A stretch of DNA of 64,000 nt from a virus. The DNA lies in IMG/VR virus record IMGVR_UViG_3300011980_000002, positions 128,001 to 192,000 of that record; one strand, given 5' to 3'. Shown here piece after piece: positions 19,057 through 28,060 of this stretch. Position numbers and translations under genes: made by a program. A model generated the notes under the pieces. That model worked only from the letters and a program-made list of their open reading frames with translations, ran no database searches and was not told where the DNA came from. Position 1 is the stretch's first letter. Every line of letters starts with the position of its first letter.

Positions 19057-20008
19057 AGAATTTATTCATATATAATATCTCATTATATATTATATTTTTT
19101 ACCATCACATCATCAGATATTATTCCGATAAACTGTAATAGCTTTACTGATAGATTTAAACTTTCGTTTATATTCACATCTTGGAAATAAGTATAGCTAT
19201 TTGGAGCAATTAATAAATAAGCATCTATTATAAATGGTCTATTATTATCTTCCCAATGTTTGATTATTATAGACCCTAATATCTCAAGAGATTTCCTAAG
19301 CTCTTTATAGCTCATCTCATCTATAAATTTAATTTCTTTAATCCCCGAGTATTTACCCGTGCATATAATATAAATTAATCTCATTATCTCATTTACACTA
19401 ATTACACTACTTGGTCTATATTCTTTTAACTCATCACTTATCTTATTAAATATCTTATAAATCTTATTAGGGATATTCTTAGTAATAAATGATGATTTAT
19501 CATATAACCAAATATACTTTAATAAATCCATTAATTCATTATAATAACTTCCATATATACTCATATTACTATTGATATACTTGTCAATAAATCCATTTAA
19601 TGAATGATAGATATCGGTAATATTGCTATTAATAGATTTATGGTTGTCTATACAGGTAAGTATATTCTCGATATTATTTAGCATATAGCCAAGTATTAAA
19701 GAACAAAATTTTCTTTTAAAGATATCTTCATATATATTATAAATATCATTATGCTTATAGTCTAAAACCATATCTATTAACTTATCTTTATCTAATGAAT
19801 AAATATCATCAAATATATAACTATCACCATCTTTATGTAATTTACTATACTTAGATAAGTTATAATAATTATCCAATAATACCATAATCTTACAATGACA
19901 ATATAATTTGAATCTTGATATAGACTCATTATCATTTCCCATAATAGATTTCTTATGGAAAAAATCATCTATACTACTCATTATTTTTTTAATCTTCTTT
20001 CTTTTCAT
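19055..20008 (-). CDS. hypothetical protein
   Basis: On the minus strand the ATG at 20008 (MKRKKIKK...) is preceded by the conserved leader GAAGGAGAAAAAAGAAATATG. The longer start at 20044 in the ORF track has no RBS. Confidence 0.65.
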   Translation of the reverse strand: MKRKKIKKIMSSIDDFFHKKSIMGNDNESISRFKLYCHCKIMVLLDNYYNLSKYSKLHKDGDSYIFDDIYSLDKDKLIDMVLDYKHNDIYNIYEDIFKRKFCSLILGYMLNNIENILTCIDNHKSINSNITDIYHSLNGFIDKYINSNMSIYGSYYNELMDLLKYIWLYDKSSFITKNIPNKIYKIFNKISDELKEYRPSSVISVNEIMRLIYIICTGKYSGIKEIKFIDEMSYKELRKSLEILGSIIIKHWEDNNRPFIIDAYLLIAPNSYTYFQDVNINESLNLSVKLLQFIGIISDDVMVKNIIYNEILYMNKF

Positions 20009-20037
20009 ATTTCTTTTTTCTCCTTCAATAATCATTA

Positions 20038-20057
20038 CTACCATATTAATATTATAT
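20038..20057 (-). promoter_or_regulatory. variant promoter-like core on the minus strand (ATATAATATTAATATGGTAG)
   Basis: Reverse complement of 20038-20057, 30 nt upstream of the minus-strand ATG at 20008. Confidence 0.35.
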
Positions 20058-20124
20058 ATACAATGATTTTATATATTATTAATATGAATTATATTTATAA
20101 TAATGGAAAGGAACATAAAGAAAT

Positions 20125-20895
20125 ATGAGTATTATTGATATTATAAGGGTATATGATTATGTAGAAAAGAAGGACTGTATGAAAATAAAAGTTAAATCGT
20201 TAGAAACTTCAAAGATTAATATATTGGTAATAAGAATACCGGTTAATTATAAAGAAACCGGATTAGTTAATATTAATATCGTAGAAAATATATTAAATCC
20301 AATTTATACTGATTATGATACTATTGACGATATGTATAATTCATTGAAGAATACGGATAACAGTTATTTTGATTTCTTACCGAAATATTTATATTTATAT
20401 CATGATAGTGAGAAAGAAATAATCAAAGATATAAGATTATCTAATAAAGAAACCTATACATATACTGATGTTAATGATACAATATATCGTATCCATCTTC
20501 TTAAAGAAAATATAAGTGAGATATGTGAAGTTATATCTTCTATATATGATACATATCAAAATGCTATCACCTATCAATTATATAAATCCGAAGTTAAATC
20601 AGTTTATATAAGTGATATAGACGATGCTACAAGAATTACTATAGATGATGGTAATAAACCAGCCCACTTAACTCCTAATATGGTAAAAGGGATGTTTAAA
20701 AGATATGGTGTTGGTACCTTAGATAAGGATGCTCTATATATGATAAAAAGTATATATGGTAAATCTCTTCATTTAAGAAAATTGGATTATCTTCCAATTA
20801 ATACATTGAATAGAGATAAAATCGTTACATATTTTATTTTAGAGTCGATGTATGAATTAATGAATACGTTAACTAAGGACGACTTTTTATGGTAG
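20125..20895 (+). CDS. hypothetical protein
   Basis: 256-codon ORF with GGAAAGGAA RBS. Confidence 0.7.
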   Translation: MSIIDIIRVYDYVEKKDCMKIKVKSLETSKINILVIRIPVNYKETGLVNINIVENILNPIYTDYDTIDDMYNSLKNTDNSYFDFLPKYLYLYHDSEKEIIKDIRLSNKETYTYTDVNDTIYRIHLLKENISEICEVISSIYDTYQNAITYQLYKSEVKSVYISDIDDATRITIDDGNKPAHLTPNMVKGMFKRYGVGTLDKDALYMIKSIYGKSLHLRKLDYLPINTLNRDKIVTYFILESMYELMNTLTKDDFLW

Positions 20896-20965
20896 TTAAA
20901 AAACCTTGTAAAAACATTGAAGTAAACTAAATAAAATTAAATAAGAAAGGTGGTATATTGTAATT

Positions 20966-21445
20966 ATGTCTATACCAATGACTGAAAATAGAAAGCTGGT
21001 TGTTATTACTACTAATGGACCTATAATGGAACTTGGGGGTATAGCAGGACCAGTTGTTTCTCCATGCTATGTAAATGTAAGAACTCTGATTAACATGGTT
21101 CATTCAGGTGTATCTGTATATGAAGTTAACCCACTTAACTATGATGAGCAGGTTAAGCTTACAATACAGAATGTCAATGCTTCTAACTTCGAAGGTTCCG
21201 AAAAGACTGTATCAAATCCAGAGGCTACTAAGGCTGTTGATAATAAGCCTGTAGAGGAAGTATTAGAAGCAGAGCAGACCGGTTCAGCAGCATCTACTAC
21301 CAATGATGTAGAAGTTCCTAAGAATCCTCTTGATGCAGCAGTTGAAGAAGTTGCTAAGAAAGAGGAGAATGAAGAGAGTAAAGAGAAGGAAGCTAAGCCT
21401 GCTAATGAGAAGACTAATAAGTCAGATTTCTCTAAGAGGAAGTAA
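20966..21445 (+). CDS. hypothetical protein with E/K/A-rich low-complexity C-terminus (G/C-ending codon class)
   Basis: 159-codon ORF with AAGGTGG RBS. Confidence 0.65.
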   Translation: MSIPMTENRKLVVITTNGPIMELGGIAGPVVSPCYVNVRTLINMVHSGVSVYEVNPLNYDEQVKLTIQNVNASNFEGSEKTVSNPEATKAVDNKPVEEVLEAEQTGSAASTTNDVEVPKNPLDAAVEEVAKKEENEESKEKEAKPANEKTNKSDFSKRK

Positions 21446-21462
21446 TTTATTATTTACTTTAG

Positions 21463-21522
21463 ATAAGCACTTATTACCAATTATCAAAAGAATATATTGG
21501 TAATAAGTGCTTATGTTTTTTA
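21463..21522 (+). terminator. Rho-independent terminator
   Basis: 19-bp stem ATAAGCACTTATTACCAAT / ATTGGTAATAAGTGCTTAT followed by a T-run. Confidence 0.85.
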
Positions 21523-21581
21523 TGTATATCTTAAATATTTAAGACAAATACACTGATTTAATTAAAATTGAAAGGTGGTTA

Positions 21582-22007
21582 ATGAAAGTAATGATTGACC
21601 CAGCGTTTGGTGTAAATTCATTTAATGAACCTAAATACTATAGTGAGTCACAAACTACTGCCAATAACATAATGATGATATTATATGGTAAACCAGGTTT
21701 CTACCCATCAATACCATACTTAGGAATGGATGTACCTCGTCTTAATGATACTTTTTTTGATGATTTGGATACTGACCAAATTAAATCAGAATTAGCAAGA
21801 CAGTGTAATGTATTCATTGATAATATAAGAGATGGTACTTTTGATGTACAGAAATCTTTAATTAATGGTAAACCATTATTAATATTCGTTGTACCGGTTA
21901 TATCGGAACAGGTTCCACAAAGAATTGCTATAGGAATAACTACCAATGAACAAGGTGAGCTAATTTATAGAATGAAGTATGCTGATGCAGAAGAGGATGA
22001 TAATTAA
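21582..22007 (+). CDS. possible baseplate wedge protein (GPW/gp25-like)
   Basis: ANNIMMILYGKPGFYPSIPYLGMDV resembles the gp25-family segment I-x-x-I-L-x-T-x-x-G-E-R-x-x-x-P-x-F-G. Size of 141 aa fits, as does the later DVQKSLINGKPLLIFVVPV. This is a weak, motif-level call. Confidence 0.35.
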   Translation: MKVMIDPAFGVNSFNEPKYYSESQTTANNIMMILYGKPGFYPSIPYLGMDVPRLNDTFFDDLDTDQIKSELARQCNVFIDNIRDGTFDVQKSLINGKPLLIFVVPVISEQVPQRIAIGITTNEQGELIYRMKYADAEEDDN

Positions 22008-22064
22008 TCATCTTGTAAACTCAATTAATAAATAATTTATAGGAAAGGAATATATTAAATTAAC

Positions 22065-23777
22065 ATGAGTGAAGAGATTAAGAATAATGATTCTGAATTA
22101 GATGATTTGATAAAATCAAAACTTGATGAGGTTGTTGACAATAAGGAAGCTAACGAAACTCCATATGTATTAGATGATAATAAAACCCCTTTACAACAGA
22201 TGCAAGAGTATAATGAGAAGAATCAAGGTCTTATCATTAATAATGCAGACTACACATCAAGTGATGGTAGTATAGAGCTTAAGGGTAATCCGGCAGATGA
22301 TAGAAGAGATACAGAGTACGATGAGTACATGAAAGAAATGGATGATATGATTGAAACAGCTAAGACTGTTAAATTAACTAAAGCTCCGGAAAACCCAATA
22401 GAGATGGCTGCAATGATAGACCAATTGGATACTCTAACAAGACAGCGTAGAGGTGATAAAATAGAAAAGCCTCTTGATAGGGATGGTAATGTAATAGAAA
22501 GAGCTGAAACAGAATTAACTCCGTTATCTGTTAATGGTAAGCAAACTACATTCTTTGATACTTCTGTAAAACCTGATACTGATACAGATAATGAGTCTGG
22601 TGAAGGTAAAGAAGAAGAGGATGATACAACTGAAGGAATTATTACTACAGAAGAAGACCTTAAACATGAAAAGATGGTTAATATTATTATTGATAAAACC
22701 GGAATTGGTCTTGAAAATAGAATAGAGTTTTCAGAAGAGGAAAAAGAGAAGCTTTCATTAGCTAATGAAATAAGAGTTACGACAGTAGAAACTTTGGAGC
22801 TTGAGTCATGTGATATAGTTGCACCTGATAAATCATTTGTTGAGAATATAGAAGCTAACGAAGTTACTGTTGGAACTACAGTAGTACCATGTGTATCTTC
22901 TGGTTATAAAGCAACAATGAAAGGTGCTGGTTATGGACAATTAGGAGACCTTTTAATAAATCCACAAACTGCACCATTTGATAAATACTATAAGGCTTAT
23001 AGCATTATCTATAACTGTATTGTTAATACTACTATAGGTAAATTCAAGACATTTGATGAGTTCTTAAAGAAAACATCATGGTTGGATATGAATGTACTCC
23101 TTTATGGTATTATCGTATCAACATTCCCAGAGATAGATGGAATTCAACTTACTTGTGAAAGATGCAGAAAGTCATTTGAACATAAGTATGTTGTTAGAGA
23201 CTTATTTGATATAAGAGCAGCTTCTACTGCTTACTTAGAGAAGTTTGATCAGCTTCTTGAACTTCGTGGAGAAGATGTGATGAAGTTTAATGCAGAAGCT
23301 CCGATTTATCATAATAAGCTAATCAAACTTCCTAATAGTAATTGGGTAATTAAATGTGGTATATCTACTGCATATGATTATTTATATCAGAGAGTTAATA
23401 ATGTTAATAATGAGGATTGGGCTAAAACTCACCCTGATGATGTCAATCAAATCCTTTACTCAAATGCAGAATTTGTTTCTGTAGTTAGAGGAATTGGTAT
23501 ACCTCGACCAGATGGTAAGATAGTTATGTATGAAGGATTTGATGATATTATAAATGCTATATACAAGTTACCTGCTGATGATATGGCTATACTTAATAGT
23601 GTACTTACTAAGTTCTATATGGATTACATCGTAACATTCTCTATTAAGAATACTAAATGTCCAAACTGTGGTAATACTGCTGATACTAGAGACGTAGATC
23701 TTTATCAATTGGTTTTTATCAAGCTTCAACTGTTGATGAGTACGGCAATCAATACGGAACTTATGCCAAGAATCTAA
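22065..23777 (+). CDS. hypothetical protein with acidic N-terminal third and two CxxC pairs (CERCRK, CPNCGN); the reading frame probably continues (see 23717-23965)
   Basis: 570-codon ORF with GGAAAGGAA RBS. Confidence 0.7.
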   Translation: MSEEIKNNDSELDDLIKSKLDEVVDNKEANETPYVLDDNKTPLQQMQEYNEKNQGLIINNADYTSSDGSIELKGNPADDRRDTEYDEYMKEMDDMIETAKTVKLTKAPENPIEMAAMIDQLDTLTRQRRGDKIEKPLDRDGNVIERAETELTPLSVNGKQTTFFDTSVKPDTDTDNESGEGKEEEDDTTEGIITTEEDLKHEKMVNIIIDKTGIGLENRIEFSEEEKEKLSLANEIRVTTVETLELESCDIVAPDKSFVENIEANEVTVGTTVVPCVSSGYKATMKGAGYGQLGDLLINPQTAPFDKYYKAYSIIYNCIVNTTIGKFKTFDEFLKKTSWLDMNVLLYGIIVSTFPEIDGIQLTCERCRKSFEHKYVVRDLFDIRAASTAYLEKFDQLLELRGEDVMKFNAEAPIYHNKLIKLPNSNWVIKCGISTAYDYLYQRVNNVNNEDWAKTHPDDVNQILYSNAEFVSVVRGIGIPRPDGKIVMYEGFDDIINAIYKLPADDMAILNSVLTKFYMDYIVTFSIKNTKCPNCGNTADTRDVDLYQLVFIKLQLLMSTAINTELMPRI

Positions 23778-23965
23778 ATGACTTATTAGCAATATTTAAA
23801 GGTGAATTAACCGTATCCGATATTATGTATAATTTACCATATAAATTAGTTAATAAGTTAAAAGATGCTAGAATTAAGCAGTTGGAAGCTGAGAATAAAG
23901 CTCATGAACAGATGATGAGACAACAACAATCATCAGACATAAGAAAAAACATAATGAAACCTTAA
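23717..23965 (+). other. ATG-less open frame in -1 register; probable C-terminal extension of the 22065 gene
   Basis: The frame is open from 23684 to 23965 with no plausible start. It overlaps the 0-frame tail and switches at the GGTTTTTAT run (T5 at 23713-23717). It encodes YQASTVDEYGNQYGTYAKNLNDLLAIFKGELTVSDIMYNLPYKLVNKLKDARIKQLEAENKAHEQMMRQQQSSDIRKNIMKP. Confidence 0.5.
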
Positions 23966-24058
23966 GAAGTGTGAATATTTAGAAAGATATTATGAAAAAA
24001 CCATATTATTAATATTCTTTATTATATATTTTTTATAATAAGGGGATTGATAATTAAA

Positions 24059-24364
24059 ATGAAACAAAGATGTACAGATTATTTAAATAAATTATCTGGT
24101 GATAGATTTGATATATTAGAAGAACTAATAATAAATAAATATAGACATTTTAGAAAATTCTATAAATTTATTAGGTATTATAGTGAATATATATCAAATC
24201 TATTATACCAGTTTAATAATAAGGAATCATTAGATATTGTTATAGAAGTAGATAGTGATTTAGATAGTAGAGATTTTATAGATAAGATAATAAAAGAGAA
24301 TAATGATTATGATATAAGTATTGAATCTTGTCATGAAGGAATTCATATATCTATAAATGTATAA
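24059..24364 (+). CDS. hypothetical protein
   Basis: ATG at 24059 is 12 nt after AAGGGGA. The TTG at 24047 in the ORF track is too close to the RBS. Confidence 0.6.
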   Translation: MKQRCTDYLNKLSGDRFDILEELIINKYRHFRKFYKFIRYYSEYISNLLYQFNNKESLDIVIEVDSDLDSRDFIDKIIKENNDYDISIESCHEGIHISINV

Positions 24365-24372
24365 AAAAGATT

Positions 24373-24420
24373 AATTAGAGTATACTGAGAATATTTAAAC
24401 CTCAGTATACTCTAATTATT
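24373..24420 (+). terminator. Rho-independent terminator
   Basis: 17-bp stem AATTAGAGTATACTGAG / CTCAGTATACTCTAATT. Confidence 0.75.
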
Positions 24421-24675
24421 ATATGTAAAATTTTCGGGTAAAGATATAAACTAGACTAATTTTAAGTCTAGTTTATACTTACCATTTTATTTCTTTAAAG
24501 GAGTTGACCTCATTGAGATCTTTTTATGTTAAGAATAACTTTATAACATAAAAAATTGGAAGCCGTGATTTGTTGCCGGTTATGAATTTCACACATTATT
24601 TTTGAAGGAATATGAAAAACAATATTGACTTCCAATTTTTTAATTAATTGTATATATTATAAATATTTTTTATAT

Positions 24676-25449
24676 TTATGCTTTACCCGTTACCTTATCA
24701 GCTACCTTATTAAGAATTGAAGAACTTGATTTCTTAAGTCTTATGATATAAGCCTTAACTCTTCTAAGTGCTTCTCCTCTATACTTATGTCTAAGATGAG
24801 CCTTATAAGCTCTTCTTAATTGATTTATTCTCTGAAGCTTTTTATATACTGGGTCATTATGAGCTCTTGCTGAAGCATAAACTCCTATCTCAAATAACTG
24901 CTTTCTTCTATCAGCCTCATTAAGTTGTACTCTTGTCTTAGTAGCGAAAACTCTCTTCTCTTCAAATACATCATAATTATCTGTATTATATGGAGCCATT
25001 ATTTCATCTACAGACTCTTCAAGTATCATTCCTTCAGATACGGCTATATATGACTCTAAAGCAAATTCCTCTACAGTCTGCTCATCTTCTCTGAACTCAT
25101 CTTGAAGCATTGCTGGAGTAGCAGTAAGACTCATAATCTTATCAGCTTCCTCTTCTTCTGAACTATCAAGTTCAGCCTCTGATGTATCTGCTGACATAAG
25201 ATCTTCCTCGTCGATATCTTCCAATTCATCTTCTGAAATATCATCTAAATCAATATCTTCGAGTTCATCATCTATCTCTTCATCTATACTGTCTCTATCT
25301 TCATAATCATCTTCATCACTGTAAGATGTATCACCATCTTCACAAGACTCACAATCTTCTGTACTATACGCGTATGTATAATCATTGTCAGAATAGTCTT
25401 CTCTCTTAGATGGTAATTCTTGATTAAGTATATCATCAAATTTACTCAT
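24676..25449 (-). CDS. hypothetical protein: extremely acidic N-terminal half, basic helical C-terminus (G/C-ending codon class)
   Basis: 257-codon ORF. It has D/E runs (DEDDYEDRDSIDEEIDDELEDIDLDDISEDELEDIDEEDL) and then RRAYKAHLRHKYRGEALRRVKAYIIRLKK. Confidence 0.7.
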   Translation of the reverse strand: MSKFDDILNQELPSKREDYSDNDYTYAYSTEDCESCEDGDTSYSDEDDYEDRDSIDEEIDDELEDIDLDDISEDELEDIDEEDLMSADTSEAELDSSEEEEADKIMSLTATPAMLQDEFREDEQTVEEFALESYIAVSEGMILEESVDEIMAPYNTDNYDVFEEKRVFATKTRVQLNEADRRKQLFEIGVYASARAHNDPVYKKLQRINQLRRAYKAHLRHKYRGEALRRVKAYIIRLKKSSSSILNKVADKVTGKA

Positions 25450-25607
25450 GTAATTTCAACGATCTCCTTTCTTGAATAACAATTTATTTTTAATTAACTT
25501 ATTGTAGTCGATATACATATATGAATTCCATGATATATCTTATGATTACCATATTTACATTTGGTTAAAATGACTATAAAGTTAGAACTGGAAAGGAATT
25601 ATCTATT

Positions 25608-27722
25608 ATGAAAAAAATTATAGATAGTGAATTTATTAAGAAATATAAAGAAAGAATGATATCATCTATTAAATCCATAGACACGGATATAGATGAAGAG
25701 AGATTAAATAATATTATTAATAAAGAAATTACAGATAAAATACAGATACCTATGTTGTATCTTAATAATAATTATACTGGAGAAAATAAAGATGCTAGTT
25801 TATTATCTGTACTAGATTGGATAATGACATCTAATACAATTAAAGCTGGTAATGGTACTTTTTATAAACCACATTATGAAGCATTAAATCCTAATGGTGT
25901 CATGCTAGATACAATTTTATTAGATAGGAAAGCTGATAAGAAAGCATTATTTAAAGTAGAAGATAATACATCTTATGAATACATTAGATTAGATAGAAGT
26001 CAGTTAAATCATAAGATAAATGCTAATAGTTATTATGGAGCCAGTGGATTAAAAAGTAGTGCTTTTTATAGTGAATATAGTGGACCTGCTACTACATTAA
26101 CAGCACAACAGATTATTGCTACTACAGAAAATACATTTGAAGCATTTATACATGATAATTATCAATTCTTTGACTTAAATGAATTATTTGATTGGTTATA
26201 TGGGATTAATAATAATTTACCTGAAGAAATTGATGATTGGTTAACTGAGATAAATAGAGATATTCTTATAGATAGATTATATAATAAAATCCTTAATCAT
26301 AAAGATATGGATAAAACCATTATATCTAATTATGTAAATAGACTAAGTTCTAAAATGGTATCATATATCTATTATAAGAATAATTTAATAGAGTTTATTA
26401 AAGACCATGATAATATTATTAAATTATACAAGAAGGTCTTTAGAGATGTACTTAATCTCTCATATATAACTGGTATTAAAGAAATTAATGAATATAAAGA
26501 GAAATATAATGGTATTATAGATTTCTCAAATATAAGTACTGTTAAAGAGATGAATAATTATATTAATAAATTATTCTTTATGGACCCAAATGATGTCCCA
26601 TTTAATATAAAAAATACTATAGAGGAATTTAATAAGTATTTAGTTAAATATGTATATTGTAGATATTTACCATTTGATAGGATTTATAGATTAAGGAATT
26701 TTAAAAGAAAAGTCGTTATGGTAATAGATACAGACTCTAATATATTAGCATTAGATGATTGGGTTAAATTTGTTAAATCTACTATATTAGAAAATAATGA
26801 TTATGGAAGAAATAGTATGAATAATGATTTTATTATTATTAATAGTATTACTTATACTCTTACAGATATTACTAAAGATATATTAAAGACCTACTGTATT
26901 GCTTCTAATATACCTGATGATTATCATAGGTATATTAATATGAAGAATGAGTTCTTTTTCTCATTATTAGCAATCGGTACTGCTAAGAAAAGATACATTT
27001 CTAAGATAATACTAAGAGAAGGTAATTTATTATCTAAACCTAAGATAGATGTTAAAGGATTTGATTTTATTAAATCTACTACTTCTAAAGAGTCTGAAGA
27101 ATTCTTTATGGGAGTTATTAAGAGAAGAATTATAGATGGTGAAATAGATACTATGGGTATGTTAAATGATTTAAAAGAATATGGTAATAGTATAAGAGAT
27201 TCTTTATTAAGAGGAGAATTAAAATATCTTCCAATTATTAATGTAAAAGATTTATCTGCTTATAAAAATCCTAAATCAATGCAAGCTGTTAAAGCTTATT
27301 TATTATGGGATATGATAAATCCAGATAAAGAAATCGAATTACCATCTAAACCCAAACTACTTAGTCTACTTATATCAGATGAAACAGATTTAGAGAGAAT
27401 TAAAGATACTTATCCCAATGAATACTCTATAATTATGGATAAAGTATTTAATGATAATAGTGGATATTTCGTAGAGAGTAAAACTACTAATGGTAAAACT
27501 GTAATAAAGAAAAAAGGTATTAAAGTATTAGCAATACCGAGTAATTTAGAAATCCCTAAATGGTGTATGGAGTTTATTGATTATGATACCATGGTAAACA
27601 AAATACTAGCACCATTCTTACCCGTACTTAAAATATTTGGTATTCATGAGGTTAATGTTGGTAAGAGTAAAGGTAATATAGATAGAAAGAGTAAGAAGAT
27701 TACTAATATAATCAAATTCTAA
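25608..27722 (+). CDS. family B DNA polymerase, polymerase (palm/fingers/thumb) half only
   Basis: Motif A-like DASLLSV, LLDRKADKK, motif B KINANSYYGASG (K-x3-NS-x-YG), motif C VMVIDTDSNILA (DTDS), KKRYISK and VKGFDFIKSTTSK. There is no 3'-5' exonuclease domain: motif A lies about 65 aa from the N-terminus. Confidence 0.85.
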   Translation: MKKIIDSEFIKKYKERMISSIKSIDTDIDEERLNNIINKEITDKIQIPMLYLNNNYTGENKDASLLSVLDWIMTSNTIKAGNGTFYKPHYEALNPNGVMLDTILLDRKADKKALFKVEDNTSYEYIRLDRSQLNHKINANSYYGASGLKSSAFYSEYSGPATTLTAQQIIATTENTFEAFIHDNYQFFDLNELFDWLYGINNNLPEEIDDWLTEINRDILIDRLYNKILNHKDMDKTIISNYVNRLSSKMVSYIYYKNNLIEFIKDHDNIIKLYKKVFRDVLNLSYITGIKEINEYKEKYNGIIDFSNISTVKEMNNYINKLFFMDPNDVPFNIKNTIEEFNKYLVKYVYCRYLPFDRIYRLRNFKRKVVMVIDTDSNILALDDWVKFVKSTILENNDYGRNSMNNDFIIINSITYTLTDITKDILKTYCIASNIPDDYHRYINMKNEFFFSLLAIGTAKKRYISKIILREGNLLSKPKIDVKGFDFIKSTTSKESEEFFMGVIKRRIIDGEIDTMGMLNDLKEYGNSIRDSLLRGELKYLPIINVKDLSAYKNPKSMQAVKAYLLWDMINPDKEIELPSKPKLLSLLISDETDLERIKDTYPNEYSIIMDKVFNDNSGYFVESKTTNGKTVIKKKGIKVLAIPSNLEIPKWCMEFIDYDTMVNKILAPFLPVLKIFGIHEVNVGKSKGNIDRKSKKITNIIKF

Positions 27723-27740
27723 AGAAAGGAAAATAGTGAT

Positions 27741-28007
27741 ATGAGTAATAATAATGATGTTATATTAGAAGATGTAGTATTCGATGATGAATTAAGTAAT
27801 AATAATGAAAAGCCTGTGAATGCAGAAGTTATTTATAACACACAATGTCCAATATGTGGTAAAATTGGAAAAAAAGTAAGAGAGATTTATAAAGTAAGAG
27901 GATTTCTTAAAAAAAGACATTTTCTTATTGGATATAAATCAGTATGTAATAGTTGTGGTTTTATTGGGAAATATTCTGCATATCGTGAATTAGACGGTAT
28001 CTCATAA
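27741..28007 (+). CDS. small zinc-ribbon protein
   Basis: CPICGK ... CNSCGF pair of CxxC motifs; 88 aa. Confidence 0.6.
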   Translation: MSNNNDVILEDVVFDDELSNNNEKPVNAEVIYNTQCPICGKIGKKVREIYKVRGFLKKRHFLIGYKSVCNSCGFIGKYSAYRELDGIS

Positions 28008-28060
28008 AAAGACAATAATTTAAAGAATATTAAAAAATAAGAAAGGAAAACTATGTAGTT

